Source: Mobula hypostoma (taxonomy: Eukaryota). From it: 64,000 nt of DNA. The notes under the pieces were generated by a model. The model made no database searches. It was given only the letters and a program-made list of their open reading frames with translations, and had not been told where the DNA came from. The translations under genes and the position numbers were made by a program. Positions 23,644 through 35,090 of the stretch are shown here, one piece after another. Location of the stretch: contig NC_086097.1 of assembly GCF_963921235.1 (NCBI RefSeq), positions 132,992,001-133,056,000 of the forward strand, in the 5' to 3' direction. The first letter of the stretch is position 1. Every line of letters begins with the position of its first letter.

Positions 23644-24499
23644 GCTTTACACCAGGAAGGCTTTGCAAAGTTGTTCGAAGTCGGTGCGCTTGACAAGTTA
23701 AATTATGCCCGTTTAATTATGTATCAGATTTAGACGCAAACCCCCGCGCCCCCCTCCCCGCATCACCACCACCTGAATGGCTGGCTACTCCTTTTAAACT
23801 CACTCGTCTCCTCCGACTCTGCCGCGACTTCACTCTTGCCTGTAGTTCCAAGCAGTTTTGATTTGTGTTGCTTCACCCTCCCAGAAGGTTCATCTACTGC
23901 CTCCTCTCTATAAGTCTGTTCCTGGGGTTTGCAGTCACAGAGCGAAGAGACTGATACTTGCACAGACTCTTTTAAAGGGGATGTTAGACTGCAGATGAAG
24001 CTCAGCTTTTCCCTCACCACGGTGCTCCAGACACCTCCTTCTAGCCCTCCTCTGCTAAAAAAAAACGCCCACCGCCGTCAATTACGAGACAAGTCTCCCT
24101 TAGTCTGAAAGATGGGGTTCTACTAATAAATCGGACCTGATTTGCTCAGTTACAGTTCATAAAACATTCCAGTGTCACGTAATATGTTTCCACTGGATTT
24201 CAGGTGGAAAAAAACTCAACCCCAAACGTTTACCGTTCATTTCCCTCTACAGATGCTGCTTGACCCCCTCAGTTCCTCCAGCAGTCTGTTCTTCGCAGCA
24301 GATATCAGCATCTGCAGCCTCGCCTGTCAGTTTAAGTAGAATATCTGATATGCAAAATATGGAAGAGACTGTAGGTGCTGGAGTCTGGAGCAACAAACAA
24401 TCTGCTAGAGGGGACTCAGTCGTCTAGCAATATCAGTGGGGTGGGGTAAAGCAGGCATATTGATGCAGGATTTCCACCTGAAACTTCACTATTCCTTTA

Positions 24500-27400
24500 T
24501 ATAGAACATGGAGCTTAGAAATCTACAGGCTCTTCGACACATGGTTGTGCCGACCATGTAACCTACTCTAGGAACTGTCCAGAATTTCCCTACCACACAG
24601 CCCTCTATTTTTCTAAGCTCCATGTACCTAAGAGTCTCTTAAAAGACCGTGTTGTATCTGCCTCTACCACTGTCACTGCAGTGCATTACCACTCTCTGTG
24701 TAAATACTTACCTTTGATATTCTCCCATGTCTCTTTCCAAGCACCTTAAAACTATGCCCCCTTGTGTTAGCAATTTAAGCCCTGGGAAAAAGCCTCTGGC
24801 TATCCACATGATCAATACCTTTCATCATCTTATACACCTCTACCAGGTCACCTCTCATCCTTCGCCACTCCAAGGAGAAAAGGCCAAGTTCACTCAACCT
24901 ATTCTCATAAGGTACATTCTCCAATCTAGGCGACATCCTTGTAAATCTCCTCCGCACTCTCTCTACAGTATCCACATCCTTCCTGTAGTGAGGTGACCCA
25001 AAGTGAATACAGTACTCCAAGTGCAGTCTAACTAAGATCTTATATAGCTGTAACATTACCTCATGGCTCTTAAACTCAATCCCACAGTTGATGAAGGCCA
25101 ACACACCATATGTCTTCTTAACCTGTATACCTGTGCAGCAGCTTTGAGTGTCCTATGGACATGGACCTCAAGATATCTCTGATCCTCCACACTGCCAAGA
25201 GTCTTACCATTAATATTATACTCTGTCTTCAAATTTGACCTACCAAAATGAACCGTTTCACACTTATCTGGGTTGAACTCCATCTGCCACATCTCAGCCC
25301 AGTTCTGCATCCTATCAATGTCCCGCTGTAACCTCTGACAACACTCCAGACTATCCACAACACCCCTAAATTTTGTTCATCAGCAAACTTACAAACCCAC
25401 CCTTCCACTTCCGCATCCAGGTCATTCATAAAAATCACAAAGTGGATGGGTCCCAGAACAGATACCTGTAGAACACCACTGATCACTGACCTCCATGCAG
25501 AATATGAATCATCTACAACCACTCTTTGCCTTCTGTGGGCAAGCCAATTCTGGATCCACAAAGCAAGGTCTCCTTGGATCCCATGCTTCCTTACTTTCTG
25601 AATAAGCCTCGCATGGGGAACCTTATCAGATGCCTTACTAAATGCATACACACTACATCCACTGCTCTACCTTCATCAATGTGTTTTGTTACATCCTCAA
25701 GGAATTCAATCAGGCTCGTAAGGCATGACCTGCCCATGTCAAATCCATGCTGATTGTCCCTAATCAGATAATGTCTCTCCAAGTGCTTATAGATCCTGCC
25801 TCTCAGGATCTTCAACGATCTGCTTATTACTAAAGTAAGACTCACTGGTCTATAATTCCCTGGGTTACCCCTACTCCCTTTCTTGAACAAGGAAACAGCA
25901 TTTGCAACACTCCAATCCTCTGGTACTTCTCCCGTCCCAGCTGATGATGCAACTATCATCACCAGAGGCTCAGTAATCTCCTCCCTCGCTTCCCATAGTA
26001 GCCTACGGTGGATCTCATCTGGACTCATCGACTTATCTAACTCAATGCTTTTCAAAAGCTCCAGCACATCCTCTTTTTTAATGTCTACATGCTCAAGTAT
26101 TTCAGCCTGCAGTAGGCTAGGGACATCCCCACAATTGCTAAGGTCCTTTTCCCTGGTGAATACTGAAGCAAAGTATTCATTAAGTACCTCCACTGCCTCC
26201 TCCAACTCCATGCACACATTTCCACTATCGCACTTGATTGGTCCTATTCTCAGACAGCTCATCCTCTTGCTCTTCACATACTTGTAGAATGCCTTGGGGT
26301 TTTCCTTAATCCTGTTCGCCAAGGTCTTCTCACGCCCTTTCCAGCTTTCTGAATTTCCTTCTTAAGATCCTTCCTGGCAACCTTGTAATTTTCTAGAGCT
26401 CCAACAGTACCTAATCTCTTGAACCTTTTGAATGCTTTTCTTTTCTTTGTAAACCCTTTGTACATCATGGTTCTTTTACCCTACCATCCTTTCCCTGCCT
26501 TGATGGAACATACCTATGCAAAACACCATTGCCACATTTATGCCATGCATTTCCACGAGAACATCTGCTCCCAATTTATGCTCCCAAATTTCTGTCTAAT
26601 AGCATCATATTTCCCCCTACCCAAATTAAATGTTTCCCAAATTGTCTGCTCCTTTCTCTCTCCAGTGCAGTGGTAAAGGAGATAGAGTTGTGATCACTAT
26701 CTCCAAAATGCTCTCCCACAGAGAGATCTGACACCTGACCAGGTTCATTTCCCAATACCAGATCAAGTACAGCCTCTCCTCTAGTTTGCCTATCTACATA
26801 TGGTGTTAGGAAACCTTCCTGAACACACCTAACAAATTCCACCCCATCCAAACTCTTTGCTCTAAGGAGATGCCAGTCAATATTAGGAAAGTTAACATCA
26901 CCCATCACAACAACCTTATTATGTCATGGTCCAGTCCATGAAGTCCGTGTTCCGGTTCACCGTCCAGTCCATGGTTCCATGTTCTGGGGTTTCTGGTTTC
27001 CCCCTGTTTCTGTTGTGGGCACATGATTCTTGTTTTGAGGCTGAGACATAAATACCTCTGGAAACCAGGGATTCCCTGCTGGACTGTTCTGTTCCCCTTC
27101 TTGTCTTTCCCCCTTGCCTGACTCCCTGACTGGATACCTCGCCTGACTCCCTGCCTGCTCACCTAGGCTGGATACCCCGCCTGTATCGCTGAAGTTTTCT
27201 GCCGGAGCAAGACCAGAGCCTTGTTAGGTCAAGGAACTGTCTTTCGTTGTGTGGAATTGTCTCTGTGTCCAAGCCTTCGCTAGGAAGGTCTGGCCATTTG
27301 CTGCTACCTAGTGTTGGGAACTGTCTATGTCCTTGCCTTCGCTAGGTGGGTCCAGCCGTTTGTTGCCACCTTATGTTGGGATCTGTCTCTTCATGTTCAG

Positions 27401-28662
27401 TGTTCTGTGTATGAGTCCTGGCCCTACGTCCTGTTCCCAAGGAGGGGTCCTGGATCTGTTTTATGTGTATGAGTCCCTGCCCTACATCCTGTTCCCAAGG
27501 AGGGGTCCTGGCTCTTCTCGTCCAAGGCTCCGTGCTCCTGAAGGCCCTCGTCCAGTCCATGCATAGTCCAGTTCTATCCTAGTCCTGTCCATGTGCCATT
27601 ACCTGTCCTTCTGTCTCGCCCTACCCAGGAGTTCCTCACCCAAGCCATGTCTAGTACTGTAGCCTCGTCTTGTCCTTGCCTAGTTCTGGAGTCCGAGCCC
27701 GAGTCAAGTCCCAGGTTCTGGGTCCTTGCCCAGTCTCTGGCTTGGAGTCCATACCCAAGCCTCAAGCCTCAAGCCTCAAGACCCCAAGCCTGTCTCCAAG
27801 CCTCAAGACCCCAGCCTCCAGTCCTGCAGTCATGTCATGCCCTTGCTGGGGTCTGAGCCCGAGGCAAGACCCAGGTTCTGGGTCCTTGTCCAGTCTCTGG
27901 CTCGGAGTCCAAGTCCAGCCTCCTTGTTCATGGTTCCTTGTCCGGTTTCCCTGTCTAGTCCATGTCCTAGCCCAAGTCAGCATTCTTGCCCCTGCTCCTT
28001 GTCTGTATCCTGTCACATCCCTACTCTAGTCAAGTCCTGTTCCTTGTACTTCAGTGTCTGTGTCTGGCATTTGGGTCCATTCCCAATGCCTCATTATGAG
28101 ATATTATTATTACACCATTCCAGAATCTCCCCTCCCTGTCTGCTCCTCAATGTCTCTGTTACTATTGTGGTGTCCATAAAAACACAGTAGAGTTATTGCC
28201 CCCTTCCTGTTTCTGACTTCCACCCACACTGACTCAGTAGACAATTTCTCCATGATTTCCTCCTTTTCTGCAGCCATGATACTATAACTGATTTGCAATG
28301 CCACACCTGCACCTGTTTTGACTCCTTCCCTGTCCTTTTTGAAACATCTAAAGCCTGGCACTCTCAGCAGCCATTCCTGCCCCTGAGACATCCAAGTCTC
28401 TGTAATGGCAACAGCATCATAGTTCCACGTATTGATCCATGCTCTAAGTTCATCCACCTTGCTTATGATACTCCTTGCATTAAAATAGACAACCAACTGA
28501 GTACATCTTTGCTCTATCATATGCCTATCCTTCCTCACAAACTCCCTACAAACTATCCCTACTTGTGCTCCAACTGCCCCATCTTCTGCCTCTTCACTCC
28601 TATTCCCACACCCCTGCAAATCTAGTTTAAACCCTCCCCAACAGCATTAGCAAACCTCCCTC
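24500..28662 (-). mobile_element. Degenerate CR1 LINE of a second subfamily (end of ORF1 plus ORF2), interrupted by a solo LTR
   Basis: Minus-strand ORFs 28110-28619 (NARS, ITETW), 26576-26908 (GDSDH), 25591-26322, 25229-25651 and 24775-25104. ORF1 end GRFANAVGEGLN* at 28622-28660. Confidence 0.9.
26922..28101 (+). mobile_element. Probable solo LTR (Gypsy-like) inserted in CR1
   Basis: Begins TGTCA and ends TGAGA (decayed TGACA). Flanked by 5-bp TATTA (26917-26921, 28102-28106); CR1 is continuous across it. Non-coding with internal tandem repeats. Strand tentative. Confidence 0.7.
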
Positions 28663-29478
28663 TCAGATGTTGCTGGATCTGCTCAGTGCCTCCAGAAATG
28701 TTACTTAAGTTGGCAGGGGAATTCCAATTAAGGCGAGGTCTGTGGGAAAGTAAGTGCATTTTTAGTAGAAAAAAATACATTCTTTATGTTAGACTTGCAT
28801 TAATACCACACCCTTCCCAGTCTCTGGAATTCTAGAGACTGTAAAGCCAAACAAGTACTTTCCCAGATAAAAGAAGCTACAAATGCTGGAGGTCTGAAAT
28901 AAACACAAAGTGTCAGAACAATGGATTTCTTTGTTCTTATTGTGTACTTTCTTATATAATTTTGGATAATTTGTGTTCTTTTTCTTGTGAATGCTGTATC
29001 TTTATTATTATGTGTCTGTGATGTTGCTGCAAAGTTTTCATTGCTGATGTTCACATATGTACTTGTTCAAATGACAATAAACTTGACTGCCCTTGGTGGT
29101 GGTGGAGGACCGGCAGATTTTCCAGTCTATTGAATGTTACTGATACAGTACTGGTATTTTTCCAGACAGCATCAAGGAACTGAGAAACAAAATTATAAGT
29201 TGCTCTAAATACGCTTCTTTATTTAGCTCAATAGTCGGCCCCTTGTAAATTAGTAAGTTCCCCCATCAAAGCTCTTTGCTTCTTTCTGGACAACAGACCC
29301 AACCAGCAGGGGCATATCTATGGAAAATAGCACCTATGGCAAGCACTGAAATTGCGCCTCTTTCCAAACATCTGACACCCATCTTTTAGATAACTTTACC
29401 ATAATATCAGCTCAAAAATACAAGTCAAGCTTGTTAATCTTTTAATTATCAAATTATGGCACTACATGAAAATTATAA

Positions 29479-32400
29479 CTACACCTTCCTTGCTTTCACT
29501 GATGCAAATTGGTCTATGATGTGATCAAAGTCAGTTTTTTCAGTTTCTTCTCTTTCTACACTCAGCAGAGCAAGATCACACAGTCTGCCCTGACCCATGG
29601 AGGCTCTCAAATAGGAAAGTATTAGTTTTAACTTGCTGAATGGTCTCTCACAGCTGGCAATGGGAACTGCAATGGTTAGCATTATCTGAATAGCAATGCT
29701 AAGGTTGGGGAAGATGCTCTCATCTCCATACTGAACAATAAATTCAAGAAGCTCTTCAGGTCTTGATATTTTCATGTTGACCCGCCTTAATAGCAACATT
29801 CTGCAATCCAAAATTTCTTTATATAGCTGCTGTCCATCAACATCAGAGCTGTACAATTCGCCCAAATTTTCCGACTTCTTCTTTAGGTCGTTCTGTCGGC
29901 GCCATAACACAGTCCCTCGACATCGAGAAGGAACCCAAACTTGGCGTCAGTGTTGTGCAAACGAGCAAACCTTTCGTCCATTTCTCTGTGAAGATGGTCA
30001 AGTGTTCCCTTCATGACCCTTTCCATTTCCTCCTTAGTTGTTAACCCAGCATCTCTAGAGTTCTCATCAGCCATTCGTTTCCTTCGTCTCTGACGTCTTT
30101 CAACTTCAATATTCCATTCTTGACAGAGACGACTCCTTCTTCGAGAGACTCATTGACCAACACTTCTCTTTCACCATAAAAATGACCTCAGAGGGCTTTC
30201 AAATCCAGGGCAGCATCATGGAAGTTCATGCTAGGATCCTGCAGCCTCTTTTGAATACGGTCAATGTGAATGAGTACTTTGTTCCAAAATCCTAGCCAAA
30301 TCAGAAAATTGTAACGCAACATGCGGTTGTACAGCTGCCTTGCGTCACTTCTTGTTTCACTGGTCTCGTTTTCATTGTCTATCATGTCCTGGAGAACTTG
30401 AAGTATCTCTTCAAGGTGCTTGTTGACGGGCTTCACTGCTTCTGTCCTTGCACTCCAGACTCCGACTTAACCACAGGCACGGCATTTTTGAGTTTTTCCC
30501 AGCGCTGTGTTGAACGAGAGAAAAACACGTAGGGAGCTTTGATGGTTCCAAAAAACGTGACCATCATTGTATCCTGCTTGGCTGCATGTACACCCACCAA
30601 GTTGAGTGATTGATTGCCACAATTCACAAACACTGCCAGGTTGTTTTTCTCACTTATTCTTTAATGAACACCACTTCTGTGTCTAGCCATCACAGCAGCG
30701 TTGTCATAGCACTGTGACCGACAATCGTGTAGCTCCATTTTGTCCTTTTCTAGCTGTTTCAAGATGTCTTCAACCAAGCTCTCAGCATCCTTCTGGTTTA
30801 TCTGGATAAAACCAAGGAAGGACTCTCTAACACGGACTGTTTTCCTCTCAAAATCATCTTCCACATATCTCACTACTTCTGACATCTGCTCACGTCACAG
30901 TGTGTCTGATCAGGAGTCGAGTCGAACGTGAGACCATAGTGCTTGGCTTTATGAATGCTTCTCAGTAAACTCTGGTGAACAGTGGATGCCATCATGTGGA
31001 TGAATCCGTTCTGGACACCCGGTGAAAGATAAGACGTGGATCCAGGATGACTTTCCAGATGAGTGAGGTGTTCTTTTAAGACAGGGTCAAAGATGGCCAG
31101 TAGTTTCAATAAGCAAAGGAAATTTCCCACATTGGAGTCATCGTCTAGCTAAAGTGACTCCGTGTCCTTGCAAAGCCAGGTTCTGAGTCACAAGGAATTT
31201 TATGCAGTGAAGGATTCTTGTCAAGATATCACGCCACTTCTGCTTTCCCTTCTCAATCTGTGGCTGAAATACCGCGTCAATAACTCCTCTGTTTCCAGCT
31301 AAATTTCTTTCCATTTCTTTCCACTGTGTGAAGCATTCCCAATGATTCTTGGCATTTGCATGAACACTAATCCTTTCAGGTGCTTCCCACTGGTTGAATT
31401 CACTTTCCTGCCCCAATGAGGATTGATGGTCTGACCGGGAATAGAGAAGACAACAGATACAAAATGCAGACTTTTTAGAAGGGGAATAGACCAGCCATGA
31501 GTGAGTCACTTCCTCACCACGACCATTTCCCAATTTCCTCTTGAACCAAGTTTTGTTCATTGAGCAGTTATTTGTTGGTAGAAAAGGCCCCTCACTGTTC
31601 TGGAAATACTTCGAACCTAGCTTTATTATTTCTGTTCTCAACGCGTCAGGCAGAATTGCTTTTCCAGTATCCTTGTTGAACTTCAGAAGTCCAATGTCAG
31701 GCTGTTCAATCACTTCTGGTATGACAGTTCGAGGCTCTTTGACACCATCCAGTTCACTAGGTTCAGTGTCGTCAGGTTCAATCTCGTCAATAAACTCAAC
31801 ATCACCACCACCACCATCATCTTCCCCTCCTGTCATGTCCACATTCTGTGGCAGCCTCACTCTCAATCTCATCATACTCCCATTTATCTGACTTGACTTC
31901 CTCCTCGGCTTGTGATGCATTTGTACTTGATTCACCTTCAGGAGGGAGGAGAAGATGGTGGCGTGACGCAGTGCAAGAGGCCGTTCCGAATGATATCGTA
32001 TGTGTTAACTAGGGGGTCGTGCACAATCCTGATTTGATGGAGACAGACGTGAGAAGCATGGAGGAGCACCTGGAGAAACTTCTGAAATGTCCGCCTCGCT
32101 GCTGCTGATACTGTGCAATTGAGAATATCTGGAGGGGAAGGCCCCAAATCCTTGGCTTTGCCTATTGCCTGTTGCCGGGACTGGGGTTGAAGCGCTTGGC
32201 AGAGACAGTGGGTTGGTGCTCAGTATCAGAGAGCTGGTTGGAGGCTCGGAGTTTTCAGATGGACTCGGAGTCGGACTGTGGTCGGAAGCTTCCAGGATGC
32301 TGCATCGGCAAGTTTGCGGCGCTGGAGGTTCACTGTCTGCGTGAGATGGTGGGACTTTCAAGATACTTTGAGACTTTTACCGTGCCCGTGGTCTGTTCTT

Positions 32401-32770
32401 ATCAAATTACGGTATTGCTTTGCACTGTTGTAACTATATGTTATAATTATATGGTTTTTGTCAGTTTTTAAGTCAGTTTGTCATGTGTTTCTGTGATATC
32501 ATTCTGGAGAAACATTGCATCATTTCTTAATGCAAGCATTACTAAATGACAATAAAAGAGGACTGTGTGTCCTCATAATCTAATCATAATCTAATCTAAC
32601 AAACTTGTAGCAGGTGTAGGCGATTCCATGGAACGTGTCGAACTACTTGTTCCGGGCTTTTCAAAGGAGGGCATGAAGAACTTGCTCAACTTCTTGACTT
32701 CCTCCGCCTCCAACTTTCGTCTCTTTCATCCTTCAGCTCCACTTTCCTTCTTCATGAAGAAATGTTTCAT
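29479..32770 (-). pseudogene. Disrupted hAT transposase (ZMYM1-like/TTF zinc finger, catalytic region, hATC dimerisation domain)
   Basis: Starts MKHFFMKKESGAEG*KRRK at 32770. Later motifs WLVYSPSKKSAFCICCLLY, LTFDSTPD, CYDNAAVM and C-terminal SCERPFSKLKLILSYLRASMGQGRL. Several frameshifts plus a ~660-bp insertion. Confidence 0.88.
31940..32598 (+). mobile_element. Non-autonomous retroelement with AAGATGG head and (TAATC)n tail, inserted in the hAT transposase
   Basis: Interrupts the transposase N-terminus. 3' ~190 bp closely matches 5930-6118, including the cctcataatctaatctaatc tail. No RT coding. Confidence 0.75.
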
Positions 32771-32967
32771 GACCTTCTTACACAATGCTCTGAAATAAGG
32801 TCATCCTAGCGCTTCTCACCCATGATAATCAAAGACAGATCATACATCTGAAGAAAAGACTTTTTCCACTATCCGAGGATGGCTTGTCTGACTTTAGTAG
32901 AAACTGCTCAGTGGCGCCCCCTTCAAGTGGCGCCCAGGGCATGTGCCATACCTTAGATACGCCACTG

Positions 32968-34640
32968 CCAACCAGTTCCCCTCCACCACCACTCTCTACC
33001 ATCTGACGAAGCCTTTCCTCCCCCTCAACAATTTCTCCTTTGGCTCCTCCCACTTCCTCCAAACCAAAGGTGTAGCCAAGGGCACGCTCATGGGCCTCAG
33101 CTATGCCTGCCTTTTCATCGACTCTGTGGAACAGTCCATGTTCCAAGCCTACACCAATGTCACTCCCCAATTACATCAACATCTGCATGAGTGCTGCCTC
33201 CTGCACCCATACTGAGCCCATCAATTTCATCAACTTTGCCTCGCGCTTGTCCATTTCTGACACCTCTTTCCCCTCTCTCAATCTCTCTGTCTCCATCTCT
33301 GGAGACAGTCGATCTACTGATAGCTTTTAAAATCCCACTGACTCTCACAGCTATCTTGACTATACTGCTTCTCACCCGTCACTTGTAAAAATGCCATCCC
33401 CTTTTCTCAGTTCCTCTGTCTCCGCTGCATCTGCTCTCAGGATAAAGTTTTTCATTCCAGAAAACTGAGATGTCCTCCTTCGTCAAAAGAAAGGGGTTTC
33501 CCTTCCTCCACCATCAATGCTGCCCTCACCTGAACATCTTCCATTTTGTGCACACCTGCACTCACCCCATCCTCCCACTGCTACACCAAGGAAAGGGCTT
33601 CTCTTGTCCTCACCTACCACCCCATCAGCCTCTGCATCCAGCACATAATTTTCCATAACTTCCACTATCTCTAACGGGATCCCACCACCATGCACATCTT
33701 TCCCTTCGCCCCACTTTCCCCTTTCTGCAGGGATCACTCCTTACGCGACTCCCTTGTCCACTCAACCCTCCTGACCGACCTCCCTCCTGGCATTTATCCT
33801 TGCAAGCGGAACAAGTGCTACACCTGCCCCTACACCTCCTCCCTCACGACCATTCAGGGCCCCAAACAGTCCTCCCAGGTGAAGCAACACCACCTATGAA
33901 TCTATTGAGGTCATCTTCTGTATCCAGTGCTCCCAGTGTGACCTCTTGTATATCGGTGAGACCTGACATAGATTGGGAGACTGCTTCATCGAGCACCTTC
34001 GCTCTGTCTACCACAAAAAGCAGGATTTCCTGGTGACCACCCATTTCAGTTCTGCTTCCCATTCCATTCCGACATGTCAGTTCAAGGTATCCTCTACTGC
34101 CATGATGAGGCCACACTCAGATTGGAGGAGCAACATCTTATATGGATATTGGGGTAGAGTCCAACTAGATGGCATGAACACTGATTTCTCAAACTTCCAC
34201 TAATAGCCCCCCCCCCACAGTTCCTTCACCAATCCCCATTCTTGTTTCCCTCTCACGCCTGCTCTTCTTACCTGCCCATCACCTCCCTCTGGTGCTCCTT
34301 CCCCTTCCCTTTCTTTCATGGTCTTCCATCCTCTCCTATCAGATTCCTCCTTCTCCAGCCCTTTATCTCTTTAGCCAACCAACTTCCCAGCTCTTCACTT
34401 CATACCCTCCCCCTCTCCTGGTTTCACATATCAACCTGCCACTTTGTACTTCTTCATCCCCTCCCCCCACTTCTTATTCTGAATTCTTCCCCCTTCCTTC
34501 CCAGTCCTGATGAAGGATCTTAGCCCGAAACGTCAGCAATATACATTTTTCCATCGGTGCTGCCTGCCCCGCTGAACTCATCCAGAATTTTGTGGGTGTT
34601 ACTTTGGATTTCCAGCATCTGCAGATTTACTTGTGTTTGA
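32968..34640 (+). mobile_element. Penelope-like element relic (RT C-terminus, GIY-YIG region, pLTR); short left piece at ~29260-29306
   Basis: HFLQTKGVAKGT.MG.SYACLF (PLE RT), CKRNKCYTCP, and VIFCIQCSQCDLLYIGET (GIY-YIG-like), followed by a pyrimidine-rich stretch and pLTR with CTGATGA..GAAAC. Confidence 0.85.
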
Positions 34641-34644
34641 AATT

Positions 34645-35090
34645 AATAAATTGGTTTATTGTTGTCATACATACCAAGGTGACAGTGCAACACATTGTTT
34701 TCTATGCATCCTTACAGATCATTTAATTACAGCAGTGCTTTGAAGTAGTAAATAATAGGATGCAGAATAAAGTCTTAAAGCTGCAAAGTAAGTGCAATGC
34801 AGGTAAACAAAAAGGTGCAAGGCTATAAAGAGGTTGACTGTGTGGTCAGGACTTAATTGTATTGCACTAGGGGACCATTCAATAGTCTTATAACAAAGGG
34901 ATAGGCTATTGAGCCTGCTGGTGTGTGCTTTCAGACTTTAGCATCTTCTGCCCGATGGGAAGGGGGAGAAGAGAGAACATCTGGGGTGGGTTGATTATGT
35001 TGGCTGCTTTACAATGGCAGCCAGAAGTGTTGACATGGGCATGGAGTTGAGGCTGGTTTCCGCAGTCTACTGAGCTGTGTCCATAACTAT
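34645..35090 (-). mobile_element. Rex1-like LINE 3' fragment
   Basis: Antisense tail ttggtttattgttgtcatac and 'LPIGQK..KS' remnant. Confidence 0.55.

Larger units (their letters stand above)
22890..24090 (-). promoter_or_regulatory. CpG-enriched first exon / probable 5'UTR-promoter region of galr1
   Basis: CpG dinucleotides are visibly dense across exon 1 and persist upstream (e.g. cccccgcgcccccc at ~23741) in an otherwise CpG-depleted background. The upstream part is repeat-free. TSS not determinable. Confidence 0.5.
29307..32967 (-). mobile_element. hAT-superfamily DNA transposon with both TIRs and 8-bp TSD
   Basis: TIRs CAGGGGCATATCTA (29307-29320) and TAGATACGCCACTG (32954-32967), 12/14 match. 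Perfect TSD CCAACCAG at 29299-29306 and 32968-32975. Confidence 0.93.

Noticed and set aside
24010..24035. Possible RE1/NRSE site upstream of a neuronal GPCR
   Set aside because: Only partial similarity (caccacgg); does not fit the RE1 consensus.
27327..28190. Cluster of overlapping Pro/Ser-rich ORFs
   Set aside because: By-product of low-complexity tandem repeats in the solo LTR.
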